Shown one piece after another: positions 38,348-48,414 of a stretch of DNA of 64,000 nucleotides. The notes beneath the pieces were generated by a model. It searched no databases, had not been told where the DNA came from, and was given only the letters and a program-made list of their open reading frames with translations. The DNA lies in assembly GCA_964458565.1 (NCBI GenBank), contig CAYWJO010000010.1, positions 1 to 64,000 of the forward strand, given 5' to 3'. Position 1 is the first letter of the stretch; each line of letters starts with the position of its first letter. The translations under genes and the position numbers were made by a program. This DNA is from an uncultured archaeon (GTDB taxonomy: Archaea > Asgardarchaeota > Thorarchaeia > Thorarchaeales > Thorarchaeaceae).

Positions 38348-40027
38348 CTATTCCTCCTCTGATTTCTCAACCTTGTCTTTAATCTCTTGCAGATGGATCT
38401 CGGTTTTCATCTTTATAACATCATCAGCAATCAAATCAGTTTGAATAGTTTCTCTTGCTTTACGATGGCGTCGCGGAATAGTTTCTGGTTCCCTAGGAGT
38501 TGATTCTGAAGTCGTGTCTTCTGAAGTTCTGACGACATCTTGTGTTGAGTCTGCTATAATTGAAATTTCTTCTAATCCATCTTCTTCATTTGAATCAGTC
38601 AAATCCTGAAGAACAGAATCATATTCTCCCTTGATTTCCTCGTCGGACTCGGGGTCAGGTTCTTCTACCGTTGGGGAATATTCCGCTTCAGGAATTGACT
38701 CGGCTAAAGCATCAGTGAGCTCTTCACTAACATGGTGCATACTCCAATTATTGAGCACATCATCAACTGTGTCCTTGACTTGGGGGCTTAGAACCCCCGA
38801 GTTAAAGAGGACTAGGCTTAAACTAGTCAGATGTGTCACTACCTCATCTCCAGAAAGTGCCGCTTCAGTGTGTCCAGTCAGGGCAGAGTATGCTAGAGCA
38901 AGAGATTCTTCCTCACCATCCTCGAAATTCACTTCTAGGAACTGGAACAACCCTAGAAATTTGGACAACCCCTTATCAGCTGTGAAAGGAGTATCTTTAG
39001 GTGGATGTAGTCCAGGGGAGAGACGAACACATTCATCTAAAACAATAGAAGCATAATGTACTGATTCGTTTACATCTCCGTTAGAGATAGACTCTACCGA
39101 AGCCCCAAAAAGTGTTGGAATAACGAAATTCAATTCATTGATAACATTTAGTTGCTCCTTGTTTTGATGTACGGTTTCCTCAATCCGTTTCAAATCACCG
39201 ATACCAGACAACTGCATAGATTCAGCTTCTCTTGATTCTTTGAAAATCTCAATTTGTCTCTTGGATATATACGAAAAATATGCTGTAAGTATAACTGATG
39301 CGAGAAGTGTAATTCCAGCAATTGGAATTAGCCATGATTGTTCCAAGATTGCAAATAATATGGAAATAGTAGCGAGTAAAGTTAGAGAGATTCCTAGTAG
39401 TGAATAAAAGCTCATCAGCGTGGCTTTCTGAAGTGAGTCCCATTTCTCTGTATCAATCCCTTGTTTTAATTCAGGAAGTCTAGAACGAGCATCACTTGAA
39501 CGAGCAATTGCGAATTCATTTATTGAGAGAATACGGTTCCCCTCGGTAATCCAAGAAAGGTCGTATGATGGACGGACATCATTTGTAACAACATATACTG
39601 TACGGGTTTCATGAATCAAAGAGGTCTTGTTCTTTTTTAGAGCTGCTTTGCTGGGAGCTAACAGGCGTAATGGAATTTTACCCCATACGGTCCGAATTGA
39701 TTTCTCAACGAGTTGATCGTTTAATGATAGCTCATTCATGATTGACTCCAAAGGTCGATTAATGACATCCAGGACATGGGATTTCATACCTGCAGGACTT
39801 TTCCCAAATTTGGCACTTCTAAGATCTAGTACATGTACAACCTCAACATGAACTCCTCTTGTATCAGGAATTCCAGAGAATCTTATACCTATGCTAATTC
39901 CATTCTCCTTTTTTAATGTGTGATGACCACTTCGGTCTAGGATTCGTATGATATCATAGTCCTTGGCAGTTGTTGTGTCTGTATCTTCTATTTCAGTATG
40001 AGTTGTTTTTTCCTCACTCGCAACCAT
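38348..40027 (-). CDS. membrane protein (two central TM helices, acidic low-complexity C-terminus)
   Basis: Hydrophobic hairpin at about aa 203-255; D/E-rich tail. Confidence 0.7.
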   Translation of the reverse strand: MVASEEKTTHTEIEDTDTTTAKDYDIIRILDRSGHHTLKKENGISIGIRFSGIPDTRGVHVEVVHVLDLRSAKFGKSPAGMKSHVLDVINRPLESIMNELSLNDQLVEKSIRTVWGKIPLRLLAPSKAALKKNKTSLIHETRTVYVVTNDVRPSYDLSWITEGNRILSINEFAIARSSDARSRLPELKQGIDTEKWDSLQKATLMSFYSLLGISLTLLATISILFAILEQSWLIPIAGITLLASVILTAYFSYISKRQIEIFKESREAESMQLSGIGDLKRIEETVHQNKEQLNVINELNFVIPTLFGASVESISNGDVNESVHYASIVLDECVRLSPGLHPPKDTPFTADKGLSKFLGLFQFLEVNFEDGEEESLALAYSALTGHTEAALSGDEVVTHLTSLSLVLFNSGVLSPQVKDTVDDVLNNWSMHHVSEELTDALAESIPEAEYSPTVEEPDPESDEEIKGEYDSVLQDLTDSNEEDGLEEISIIADSTQDVVRTSEDTTSESTPREPETIPRRHRKARETIQTDLIADDVIKMKTEIHLQEIKDKVEKSEEE

Positions 40028-42224
40028 TTTCTTTCACTCCGGGATTCAGTTTATTCAATCGTTCTTCAATATCAAGCAGAAGTCGGTTTGCCATTTCAGA
40101 TGGTTCCTCAAGACCTCCTACATCAGAAACTGCAGCGATGCAATACAAAAGCCAGCGACTCTGCTCTAAAAGAGCAACAACATCGCCCAGATGACGGCCA
40201 ATGCTCTTGCATATATCTTCAAGAGATATATCGGTAGTAGCAGCAGTGAGAAGTGTATTCTCAAATTGCTCATCAACAATATATGGACTCTCAAGTGATA
40301 TGAGATGTTTCAAGAGGGTCAGCAATTCAGAAGTCGTGTTAGTGACCGATAGAAGTGGTAGCATCTCTCGAACTGTACTTACCCGTAGATATAATCGGTT
40401 CACGACTCTACCCAAATGTGTAGGTTTCATTTTACTGTCATCCGCACCTTCCACTAGAGAGAGACGAATTAGAGTCATCAGCGGACTCACATCATTCAAT
40501 GCAAGAGGAATGACATAGTTCGTAAAATTGGGGACTTGTTGTATGGAATGTAGTCCTAAGGCTACTAAATGAGTACACAATAGTCGATCATGGGAAAATG
40601 GTTCACCACAAGAGCACATAGGTCCTTCAATGATACCATTAGTATCGGTTCGTGCAGAGAAGCGACATGTGTGATGTCCACCTCCTATCGATGTAACAAT
40701 GCCACCAACAACTGTGTCAGAGGTTTCACGAAGCTTGACTGAACCTAGAACGCCTTCACGTGCCGCTCTGACTGTTGCTCCTAACGCATATCTTTCAATC
40801 GAGCTTTCTGCAGTAACATCACCTAGATTTATCATTCTCATGGGTGAACGTGTATCACGAACCCCCATATGCATTAGAAACGATTCTCCTATCAAGCCTT
40901 GTTCAATATCAGTTATACTTCCCTGCTCACAGTAATCTAAAAACACCAGGAGTTGTTCAGCAAGAGCAGTTGAATCATGAAGAACGCTAATGACAGGCTC
41001 ATATCGTGGATGCAGTATCTCAGTGTTGGATTCAGGATCTTTGGTAGAAACGAAGTAGGTCTTTTTGACATATTCAGCTTCAGCGTAGCTATCAGTAAGA
41101 ATTATTCCATACCCTTTCTTGTCTTTTCCAGGACGCCCTGCTCTTCCCAACATTTGATGGACATGATTAGCTGAGAGATACTTCTGATAATCACCAGGAG
41201 ATCTTGTAGTCGAAATCACAACCGTGCGTGCTGGAAGATCCATACCAGCAGCAAGCGTTGTTGTGGCGCAGATGACTCTTACAAGACCGGTTCGGAATAA
41301 TCGCTCGATCAATCGACGGGAAGATGAATTCAATCCTGCATGATGAAAGGCAACCCCATCATGAAGGAGTGAGCGCAATTCGGAAGGTATATTGACATTC
41401 CAATTTTCAATGGAATCCAAATGCGAATCAAGATCTGTACGCTCCTTTATTGTTAGCTGTTTACTAACATGATATGAGAGTTCTACAGCTCCGATTTCTG
41501 CCTCTCGACGGGTTCGCATAAATACTACAGCCTGCCCATTTGCTTGAACCGTAGTCATCACAAAATCGCGAATCGCCTTCTTTTTGTCTTTGGATGGAAA
41601 TATCTTAGATACTAATGGAACAGGCCTCTCGTTTGAGTGAATTAGTTCACAATCTAGCCACTCTGCAAGATGAGCAGGTTCACCTATGGTAGCAGACAGT
41701 GCTACTATTTGTAAGTCATCTACTAGACGTCTCAACCGAATGATTGTACCTTCTAGCCTTGGTCCTCGTTCAGGTTGTGATAGAGTCTGAATTTCATCAA
41801 TTACTACTGTACCAATTTCAGAAAGCCAAGGAGTTCTATGTCGAAGAAGAGAGTCAGTACGTTCATAGGTTGTCACAATTATGTCATGGTCACCTAGTTC
41901 ATCACCCACAGTATGAAAATCGCCAGTGCTGATACCAATTGAAAATCCATGAGGTGTGTATCGTTCCTTGAAGGTTTCAGCAACTTGTACTGCAAGAGCG
42001 CGCAACGGAACCAAATAGAGCCCACGACGCCCATACATGACGGAACGAAGAAGTGCCATTTCTCCAACCATTGTTTTTCCAGAACCTGTGGGACTACATA
42101 CCATGATACTTCGGCCATTCAATAGACCCTTGTCCACAGATTCGATTTGAATTCCTCGAGGGCGAATACCCACTTGACCCAACAATCTGCCAACCTGAGT
42201 GGGTATTTCCTCAGTTGTGATCAA
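40014..42224 (-). CDS. Ski2-like (Hel308/HELQ-type) DExH helicase with inserted SWIM zinc finger
   Basis: SPTGSGKT, DEIQ, ALSAT, AFHHAGL, ATTTLAAGMDLPAR, QMLGRAGRPG; CSC-x10-CTH SWIM motif. Confidence 0.88.
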   Translation of the reverse strand: MITTEEIPTQVGRLLGQVGIRPRGIQIESVDKGLLNGRSIMVCSPTGSGKTMVGEMALLRSVMYGRRGLYLVPLRALAVQVAETFKERYTPHGFSIGISTGDFHTVGDELGDHDIIVTTYERTDSLLRHRTPWLSEIGTVVIDEIQTLSQPERGPRLEGTIIRLRRLVDDLQIVALSATIGEPAHLAEWLDCELIHSNERPVPLVSKIFPSKDKKKAIRDFVMTTVQANGQAVVFMRTRREAEIGAVELSYHVSKQLTIKERTDLDSHLDSIENWNVNIPSELRSLLHDGVAFHHAGLNSSSRRLIERLFRTGLVRVICATTTLAAGMDLPARTVVISTTRSPGDYQKYLSANHVHQMLGRAGRPGKDKKGYGIILTDSYAEAEYVKKTYFVSTKDPESNTEILHPRYEPVISVLHDSTALAEQLLVFLDYCEQGSITDIEQGLIGESFLMHMGVRDTRSPMRMINLGDVTAESSIERYALGATVRAAREGVLGSVKLRETSDTVVGGIVTSIGGGHHTCRFSARTDTNGIIEGPMCSCGEPFSHDRLLCTHLVALGLHSIQQVPNFTNYVIPLALNDVSPLMTLIRLSLVEGADDSKMKPTHLGRVVNRLYLRVSTVREMLPLLSVTNTTSELLTLLKHLISLESPYIVDEQFENTLLTAATTDISLEDICKSIGRHLGDVVALLEQSRWLLYCIAAVSDVGGLEEPSEMANRLLLDIEERLNKLNPGVKENGCE

Positions 42225-44554
42225 CCTTCACCCTCCAGGTCAGATAATTGTCGAAGAGCCATATCCCCCTTCATAGTAACACGATAATTGGTGTATGATA
42301 CACCACTATGTGTTTCATGTCCACGTAGTATCATACTTGAACTTTCAAGCCGAGCAATGATACCTTCGTAATCGACATCCTTCATATCGCCTGCAGACAT
42401 AAACTTGCGAATCGCTTCTTCAGTTAGAGGCTCATACTTCTTTAGTAGCCTAAGAACCTTCAGCGTGGCATCTCTATCACGTCCTGCAACTCTATCCAAT
42501 AATGAACCACTGGAGGTTGGAGAGTCAAGAATGGTTCCTGTAGATTTTATTCGTGATATTCGAAATTCCATGTCTTTAGACGAAGGTGACTCTGGCAGGA
42601 TAATATTGTCCAACTTCAAGGGGAGACAGACTTCAGTATCATCACGTGCAAGAAGCGCCATACCTGGTTCAAGAACTCGAAGATACGAACTCTCTCTGGG
42701 GGATACTCTCTGTTTTGAGTGCATCCCGGTGGAAATGACTGTTAATCCAAGGATATCAGACACTACTGCAATGTCATACTTGTTTCGCAATCTAAGTGCA
42801 ATGCATGAAGAGAGGACATCCGTTATACCAGTGGGTAATACTTGAGGCGCATTTGTGCTAATTACTAGTGGAACTCGATTGCTTAGGTTCTGTGCAACAC
42901 GGATTGCCCAAGGCAATCTCTTTTTGTATTTGGTAGTATTTACGATGAAATTAGAAGGTTCATCCAAAATCACAACTAAATCGTTATCAAGTTGTGACCA
43001 TGCAATCTTTGTACTTAACAAATCCCAGGCAAACATATCCAATTGAAGTGAGCCTGTTGAAATTACTAATACTGAAAGAGGTTGTTCTGTAAGTCGCTGA
43101 ACTGATATTGTCTGGTGTCCATAGAATGACTTTGCACCTGTACCTTGGTGAAGGACTCGAATTGCATCCATTGCTGCTCTTGATGAATCAGACACACTAG
43201 TTTCTGACTTAGTTGCATCATCACTTATTGGATCAACTGTTGAGAGCGTGATGTCAGCAACTGTTGCATTTCCTAATGCAACTGCTCTACTAAGCGCAAG
43301 CTCAAAATCTGCAGCAGAACTAAGCTCAGTTTCTGTCAGCACCTCCAGTGCTGTCTTTACTGATGACACAAACTCATTTCTCGGAACGCTTTCAGCATCA
43401 AGTGGATTGAGTACAAAATCTCGTCCAAGAACAAGTCCTAATCCATCTTGATGAAATCCAGTTAGGTTGAGGGATTCTTCATTTGATGTGACAAGTAGTA
43501 CGCGTTTATCATCATTGATCAACGCTGAAATCAATTGAGCAATTATACTCTGTCGCTCAACCCAAGATCCCCCGCAAAGAAGCAGACCAGTATCCAAATC
43601 ATTCTTGGAGAGACCAATCGAAGGTCCTGTTAGAAGTGTATCTGGATTAATTGATACACCAAGCCGATAGTCGCCAGGTCTGCTTCTAATTGGTGAAATG
43701 AACTGTCCAGGAACAGAACTTCCCACTTCAGAAGCCAATTCGCTGCTTAGTTGAACTAACCAATCCTTTAGCTCTCTCCCTGTAGTATAGAAACCAAAAT
43801 AGTTGGAAATTGGCATCCCGTTCTGAATCTTCTTCTCCAAATCATCTGGTGAAACTAGCTTTGATTTGAGGCCGGGGATAGTACCACGAACAGCGTTTTC
43901 AAGTGAACGCACTTTGGAAGAATCGTCTAAAATCCCGACAATTGATACATGTGTTTTCCACAGACCCCCTCGAGCTGACACATAAGCATCCATTTCACCA
44001 CTGGATTTTAACTCCAAGAAGGTTTCAAAATAGTCAGGGAAATGATCGTTATCAACAATCTCTTCAATTCTGGCTGGACCAAGTGTTACAGAAATGATAA
44101 TTCCAATTGAAGTATCAATGGAGCGAATCAATTTTCCTAAATTTCCTGACAACCGAGCTGGTGCTTTGTCAATTTCTAGCAGTGTGAAATAACGGTCACC
44201 ACCAGTCCCTCGAATACGAACTGACTTTTCGGAGGTGCTAAGAGTTAAATCCAATGAATCAAGCTCTGTCCATTCCGAGTCGGAAACAGATTTTGATTCA
44301 TTTGCTGTTGTCAGATATGGAAGAATCATTGCAAATGCTGCAACACTCATAGATGCAACGATTACTATCCAAGGATAGAAACAAGTGAGAATTACAACCG
44401 CAGCTGCAGTTAGTACATAGGGAATCCAATGAGGTCTAATCTCTCGATCTGTCCATCTTACCTCATTATCACGTGTAACAGATAAGGATGATTGACTGAC
44501 TTCCTCAAGGGGGTCTCGCTCTGGTTTACTCCCCATGATATGACCTCTAGTCAA
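42221..44554 (-). CDS. membrane-anchored HerA/VirB4/FtsK-superfamily ATPase-like protein with degenerate Walker A and C-terminal wHTH
   Basis: N-terminal TM pair; YRLG...L...DL..GLLLCGGSWVER at the Walker A position; GRDFVLNPL, VVILDEP, ISTNAPQ.L...IALRL, L.PGMALL; Y.VT.KG wing. Confidence 0.62.
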   Translation of the reverse strand: MTRGHIMGSKPERDPLEEVSQSSLSVTRDNEVRWTDREIRPHWIPYVLTAAAVVILTCFYPWIVIVASMSVAAFAMILPYLTTANESKSVSDSEWTELDSLDLTLSTSEKSVRIRGTGGDRYFTLLEIDKAPARLSGNLGKLIRSIDTSIGIIISVTLGPARIEEIVDNDHFPDYFETFLELKSSGEMDAYVSARGGLWKTHVSIVGILDDSSKVRSLENAVRGTIPGLKSKLVSPDDLEKKIQNGMPISNYFGFYTTGRELKDWLVQLSSELASEVGSSVPGQFISPIRSRPGDYRLGVSINPDTLLTGPSIGLSKNDLDTGLLLCGGSWVERQSIIAQLISALINDDKRVLLVTSNEESLNLTGFHQDGLGLVLGRDFVLNPLDAESVPRNEFVSSVKTALEVLTETELSSAADFELALSRAVALGNATVADITLSTVDPISDDATKSETSVSDSSRAAMDAIRVLHQGTGAKSFYGHQTISVQRLTEQPLSVLVISTGSLQLDMFAWDLLSTKIAWSQLDNDLVVILDEPSNFIVNTTKYKKRLPWAIRVAQNLSNRVPLVISTNAPQVLPTGITDVLSSCIALRLRNKYDIAVVSDILGLTVISTGMHSKQRVSPRESSYLRVLEPGMALLARDDTEVCLPLKLDNIILPESPSSKDMEFRISRIKSTGTILDSPTSSGSLLDRVAGRDRDATLKVLRLLKKYEPLTEEAIRKFMSAGDMKDVDYEGIIARLESSSMILRGHETHSGVSYTNYRVTMKGDMALRQLSDLEGEG

Positions 44555-44822
44555 GGTATCGACCCCCCTGTACTGATTTTAAAGCTGAGAGAATTCGTTC
44601 AATAGGTTCAACATACTGTGAGTCGTGTCCTTCAATTACTATCTGCCTTCCAATCATTCGGAGCATTGGCATATTGGGATAAGTCGTTTCACCGTAATAC
44701 ACATCTTTTGTTCTTGACGATAACTGAATCCAATTATAACCATGACCAGAGGAAAGTGCATTACGCACTATTCGTGGTTGTACTTCAAGAGGAATGTTGA
44801 GATAATGTTCAATGCTATTCAA
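44547..44822 (-). CDS. small hypothetical protein (about 91 aa)
   Basis: TTG start at 44822 preceded by GGAGGT; overlaps both neighbours by 8 nt. Confidence 0.55.
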   Translation of the reverse strand: MNSIEHYLNIPLEVQPRIVRNALSSGHGYNWIQLSSRTKDVYYGETTYPNMPMLRMIGRQIVIEGHDSQYVEPIERILSALKSVQGGRYLD

Positions 44823-45411
44823 TGATAGCAACACCTCCTGAAGTAATACTACGAGCCTGTGGGAGTGTAGCAGGTAAGACTGCCACATGTGGATAAGCTG
44901 ATCGCATTGCACTCTCCAGTACCTCCACATCATAGAGTAATTTCTCACTCAGTTTTGTGGCTTTGGAGATTCCATTGAGTAATCTAAGACCTCTCCTATG
45001 CACTGAAAATCCAACTTGTGTTTGACCAGCTCTTAATGGGCGTGAAACAAAGAACCTGACAAAAGACCCATCATTGGACTCATAGTGAAGAGACATGGCT
45101 TCAAGAACACGTTCAGCAGAATGAGTCAGGTCGATTCCTATAGGAACACTTCCGAGTTGGCGAATCGCAGTTACCTCAACAGTCCATTTACTCAGAGTGG
45201 TAATTATTCCAAGTTGCGAATTCCAAAGGTTCATTGAAACTCGTTGATGCTTTGAAAAGATTGACATCACAAGCAATAGTGCCACAAATCCCAATACAAC
45301 CTCAACACTAGGAATAACAGATTGTTGTAACCATGCTAGAATTGTCCAACCAGAAAACATTGAGGCAGGAAGTACATAACGGAATAGTGAATAATCAAGG
45401 ATTGTTTTCAT
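44815..45411 (-). CDS. membrane protein (two N-terminal TM helices plus soluble domain)
   Basis: Hydrophobic aa ~8-52; ATGA overlap with the helicase stop. Confidence 0.68.
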   Translation of the reverse strand: MKTILDYSLFRYVLPASMFSGWTILAWLQQSVIPSVEVVLGFVALLLVMSIFSKHQRVSMNLWNSQLGIITTLSKWTVEVTAIRQLGSVPIGIDLTHSAERVLEAMSLHYESNDGSFVRFFVSRPLRAGQTQVGFSVHRRGLRLLNGISKATKLSEKLLYDVEVLESAMRSAYPHVAVLPATLPQARSITSGGVAIIE

Positions 45412-47357
45412 GAAGTCATTCTCCCTCCTAGAAAAAGGTTGATTGCCTCCTCAATCTCTCTGACTTGATTGTATGGCCAAATGTCAGAAACCGTGTCATC
45501 GCCGAAGATAGATAGATATCGATGAAATCTGTTATCCAAAAGAAGTACAACACCCCAGTCTTTTGGAGACCTCCTGAGTCTACCCGTAAGCTGAGCCACT
45601 TGACGTACGGAAGGTACAACTGTTGAATAGTAATATCCTATGCCTTCTCCAAATCTTTTATCATACCAATCTTGCAGAGCCTTCTGATACGTAGTGGGAG
45701 GACTGAACGGAATTCCAACTCCAATAATAAGATTCACCATACTGGACCCATTTTGGACTAAATCGATGCCTTCACTGAACTTTCCACCATAGACACAGAA
45801 TATGGCTTTCGGTCCTTCAAATACTGCTCTCTTAAGATCTTCCAAGCGTGCAGTTCGTGTCTCAACAATGCGTTCCCTAATAGTCGTTTGAATCCCATAG
45901 CTTAGTACTTCTTCCATAATTGAGTAACTTGAAAATGCCACTAATGCACTCTTATCAGGGGGCATCACTCTTAATGCAACATTGATACGCTCAGCAATTG
46001 CTCGCCATAAGTCCTGTTTTCGTTCAGTGTATTTTGTAGATAGTTTCTTATCCAATAGAACTAAACGAGTCCCACGACTATACGGGCTCGATAGATCCTC
46101 AACAATAGCCTGTTTAACACCCAGGAGTTCAGCATAATGTCTGAGTGGTCTCAAAGTTCCAGACATCAAGAGTGCTGAGCGAACAGCTCGTAAGACTGGA
46201 GCTGCAAGCCCTGCGGTACTCAAAGGGCGAATCTTTAATTTCGTATTAATAAGTGATACTTCTTCCTTCCACCGCTGATGCAATTCTAATGTTGCCAGCC
46301 AGTCATCACTAGTTACAGAATGTGATGCAGTTATGAGAAAATCAACGAGCTTGTCTAGAGGGGTTTCTGCTTGTGATGAATCATCAATCTCCTCCATAGC
46401 AACAGTGTTGTTGACCAATAGGGATAGATCGTCTGATTCAACATATCGTGGGAAAACATCCCACTTATTGAGCCGTTTTTCGTGACCCTTCATATTGTCC
46501 AAAGAAACCATAACGGTCTCCCAGAGAAAATCAACAGCTTCTTCGATCCAAGGAATCCGGGTCTCTTTCAAGATAGCAGACTTGTGCTCTCGGAGCCAAC
46601 GTAGATCTTCTCCAGTTAATGTTGCGGTCTGAGCATTTAGAATATGATCGGGGAGGTTGTGTGCCTCATCAATTATAATATCAGTATCAAATATATCAAC
46701 ACCCAGGGAATTGAGAAATGCCTCACGTGCTCGATCTTTGAACATATATCCATAAGGACCGATGACAACTCTACTACTCTTGGCACACCATCTAAGGACT
46801 TCGTAGGGACAGAGACCTTCTAGAAGTGCAGTATCTTCACCAACTGTTCTAGAAACTACTCCATCATTGAGCAAATCCTCAACCGTTTGCCTAGCCGCTT
46901 TCCGGATAGAAGGACGTCCATTCTCACTCTTTTCATAAAAATCATGATAGAAGGTGCATAGGCCTGTCCGAACTAGTTCAGCACATGAACGATTGAAACC
47001 ATTAGTGGAAATATTTGACATTGATTCCCTCATAGGGCAAATATGGCGCCGCGAAACCATACTTGTGGCTGTGATATCAACGTGTGCACTGTTTCTTAAC
47101 ACCTGTATCTCACTCTCAAAGACCTCAGACTGAGAGTGGGTTCTTGTTAATACAAGCAGCCGGGAATTATTGTCGCAAAACCTAGCCGCAAAATATCCAG
47201 CAAGAACAGCCATGGTCTTTCCAACTCCACAGTCTGCAGATAATAGACCCACAGTCTTATCATGAAACACTTGAGATGCAAAAACTATGGCGCGATCCTG
47301 ATGTGGCCTCGGTGTATAAGGAAACCAAGCAATTGGATCCACATCAGTAACAACCAA
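45408..47357 (-). CDS. XPD/Rad3/DinG-family Fe-S cluster 5'-3' DNA helicase
   Basis: FPYTPRPHQ, ADCGVGKT, RTHSQ, four Cys (HICP, RSC, LCTF, LCPYE), IIDEAHN, MSGTL, SEGID, Q..GRLRRS..DWG..LLLDNRF. Confidence 0.9.
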   Translation of the reverse strand: MVVTDVDPIAWFPYTPRPHQDRAIVFASQVFHDKTVGLLSADCGVGKTMAVLAGYFAARFCDNNSRLLVLTRTHSQSEVFESEIQVLRNSAHVDITATSMVSRRHICPMRESMSNISTNGFNRSCAELVRTGLCTFYHDFYEKSENGRPSIRKAARQTVEDLLNDGVVSRTVGEDTALLEGLCPYEVLRWCAKSSRVVIGPYGYMFKDRAREAFLNSLGVDIFDTDIIIDEAHNLPDHILNAQTATLTGEDLRWLREHKSAILKETRIPWIEEAVDFLWETVMVSLDNMKGHEKRLNKWDVFPRYVESDDLSLLVNNTVAMEEIDDSSQAETPLDKLVDFLITASHSVTSDDWLATLELHQRWKEEVSLINTKLKIRPLSTAGLAAPVLRAVRSALLMSGTLRPLRHYAELLGVKQAIVEDLSSPYSRGTRLVLLDKKLSTKYTERKQDLWRAIAERINVALRVMPPDKSALVAFSSYSIMEEVLSYGIQTTIRERIVETRTARLEDLKRAVFEGPKAIFCVYGGKFSEGIDLVQNGSSMVNLIIGVGIPFSPPTTYQKALQDWYDKRFGEGIGYYYSTVVPSVRQVAQLTGRLRRSPKDWGVVLLLDNRFHRYLSIFGDDTVSDIWPYNQVREIEEAINLFLGGRMTS

Positions 47358-47360
47358 CCC

Positions 47361-47975
47361 TCAAGCCTCCACTCTTAGACAAGACTCTGCTGTGTGAATT
47401 CTGAAACGAATCGAGAAATAATTACTCATCAACTGGTGAAAACGTCTAACATGTTCAGGTCGATAGAACTCTGGTTCACGATTTGCTATCTTATCAACAA
47501 TATCTGGACTGTAACCTTTCTTCTTTGCCGCCATCCAGAAATAATCCTCCACTTCTTTCATCGTAGAAAGAATGAAAGTCAAGCTTTGTTCCATCAAATC
47601 AGTAATGAAAGAAACAGCGACTTTAGGTTTGGAAGGAATTTGGGAAGTTCTAACACCTGTCGGGATGTAAACAGCAATGCCTTCTGTACTATCAAGGTAA
47701 ACCTCTTTTGGAACACTTCTGGTCCCTCTCAATGTTTCAAGTAATGAGAGAACCCGCGGTAATTGTCCTAACATAGGACGAGTCGGTTCACGCCAATCTA
47801 CTCTAGTTACAACATATAATTCAGGATCTGGGTCCTTGTAGCCCTTCAAATCCAAAATCGTAATCCGATGCGGACTCTCACGAAGTAGCAGATTGACTAA
47901 GTTCAGTAGTGACCCACGGTTTACCCATGATGTAGCTCGAGGAACCCAAACAGGAGTCTCTATTGTTTCAACCAT
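47361..47975 (-). CDS. hypothetical protein
   Basis: 204-aa ORF, translationally coupled within the operon. Confidence 0.65.
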   Translation of the reverse strand: MVETIETPVWVPRATSWVNRGSLLNLVNLLLRESPHRITILDLKGYKDPDPELYVVTRVDWREPTRPMLGQLPRVLSLLETLRGTRSVPKEVYLDSTEGIAVYIPTGVRTSQIPSKPKVAVSFITDLMEQSLTFILSTMKEVEDYFWMAAKKKGYSPDIVDKIANREPEFYRPEHVRRFHQLMSNYFSIRFRIHTAESCLRVEA

Positions 47976-48414
47976 CAGCCACTCCCTCCTTTACCTCGAG
48001 ACCTCGATCATTATTTCCAATAACTCCCTCATTAATCAGTAAATCCAAAAAGTGCCGTGCGCGCTCAATATCAATTCCAGCATCGGCACATTCGACAAGT
48101 ACTATTTCATAGGCAATTGGACGTCCTCGATTTATTTCCGAAAGACTTTGCACGATATCTATGACCCTTCTTCTTACGCCACGAGCGCGAGACTTTTGGG
48201 GGGATTTCTCAAACTCGCTTTGATTCACCAGGTCACGAATATACTCCCGGGCCTCCACTGAAGTCACAGCATAAATCATACCAGGTCCGTGGATTACAAG
48301 AGCTCCACACAGTTCGCAAGATGATGTTTCACTTTCTCGTTCTACGCGAGAATGACCAATATTCCCACAAACACTGCATGTATAGACACGATACATACCC
48401 CGAGTGCCACTCAC
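47968..48414 (-). CDS. zinc ribbon plus C-terminal winged-helix protein
   Basis: CSVC..CELC; C-terminus (AGID.ERARHFLDLL.NEG.I) resembles the MCM/RPA32-type C-terminal wHTH. Confidence 0.62.
   Translation of the reverse strand: MSGTRGMYRVYTCSVCGNIGHSRVERESETSSCELCGALVIHGPGMIYAVTSVEAREYIRDLVNQSEFEKSPQKSRARGVRRRVIDIVQSLSEINRGRPIAYEIVLVECADAGIDIERARHFLDLLINEGVIGNNDRGLEVKEGVADG

Noticed and set aside
44823-44948. 5' extension of the 133-aa ORF in the ORF track
   Set aside because: Lies inside the 44815-45411 gene; a TTG start with GGAGGT at 44822 is more plausible
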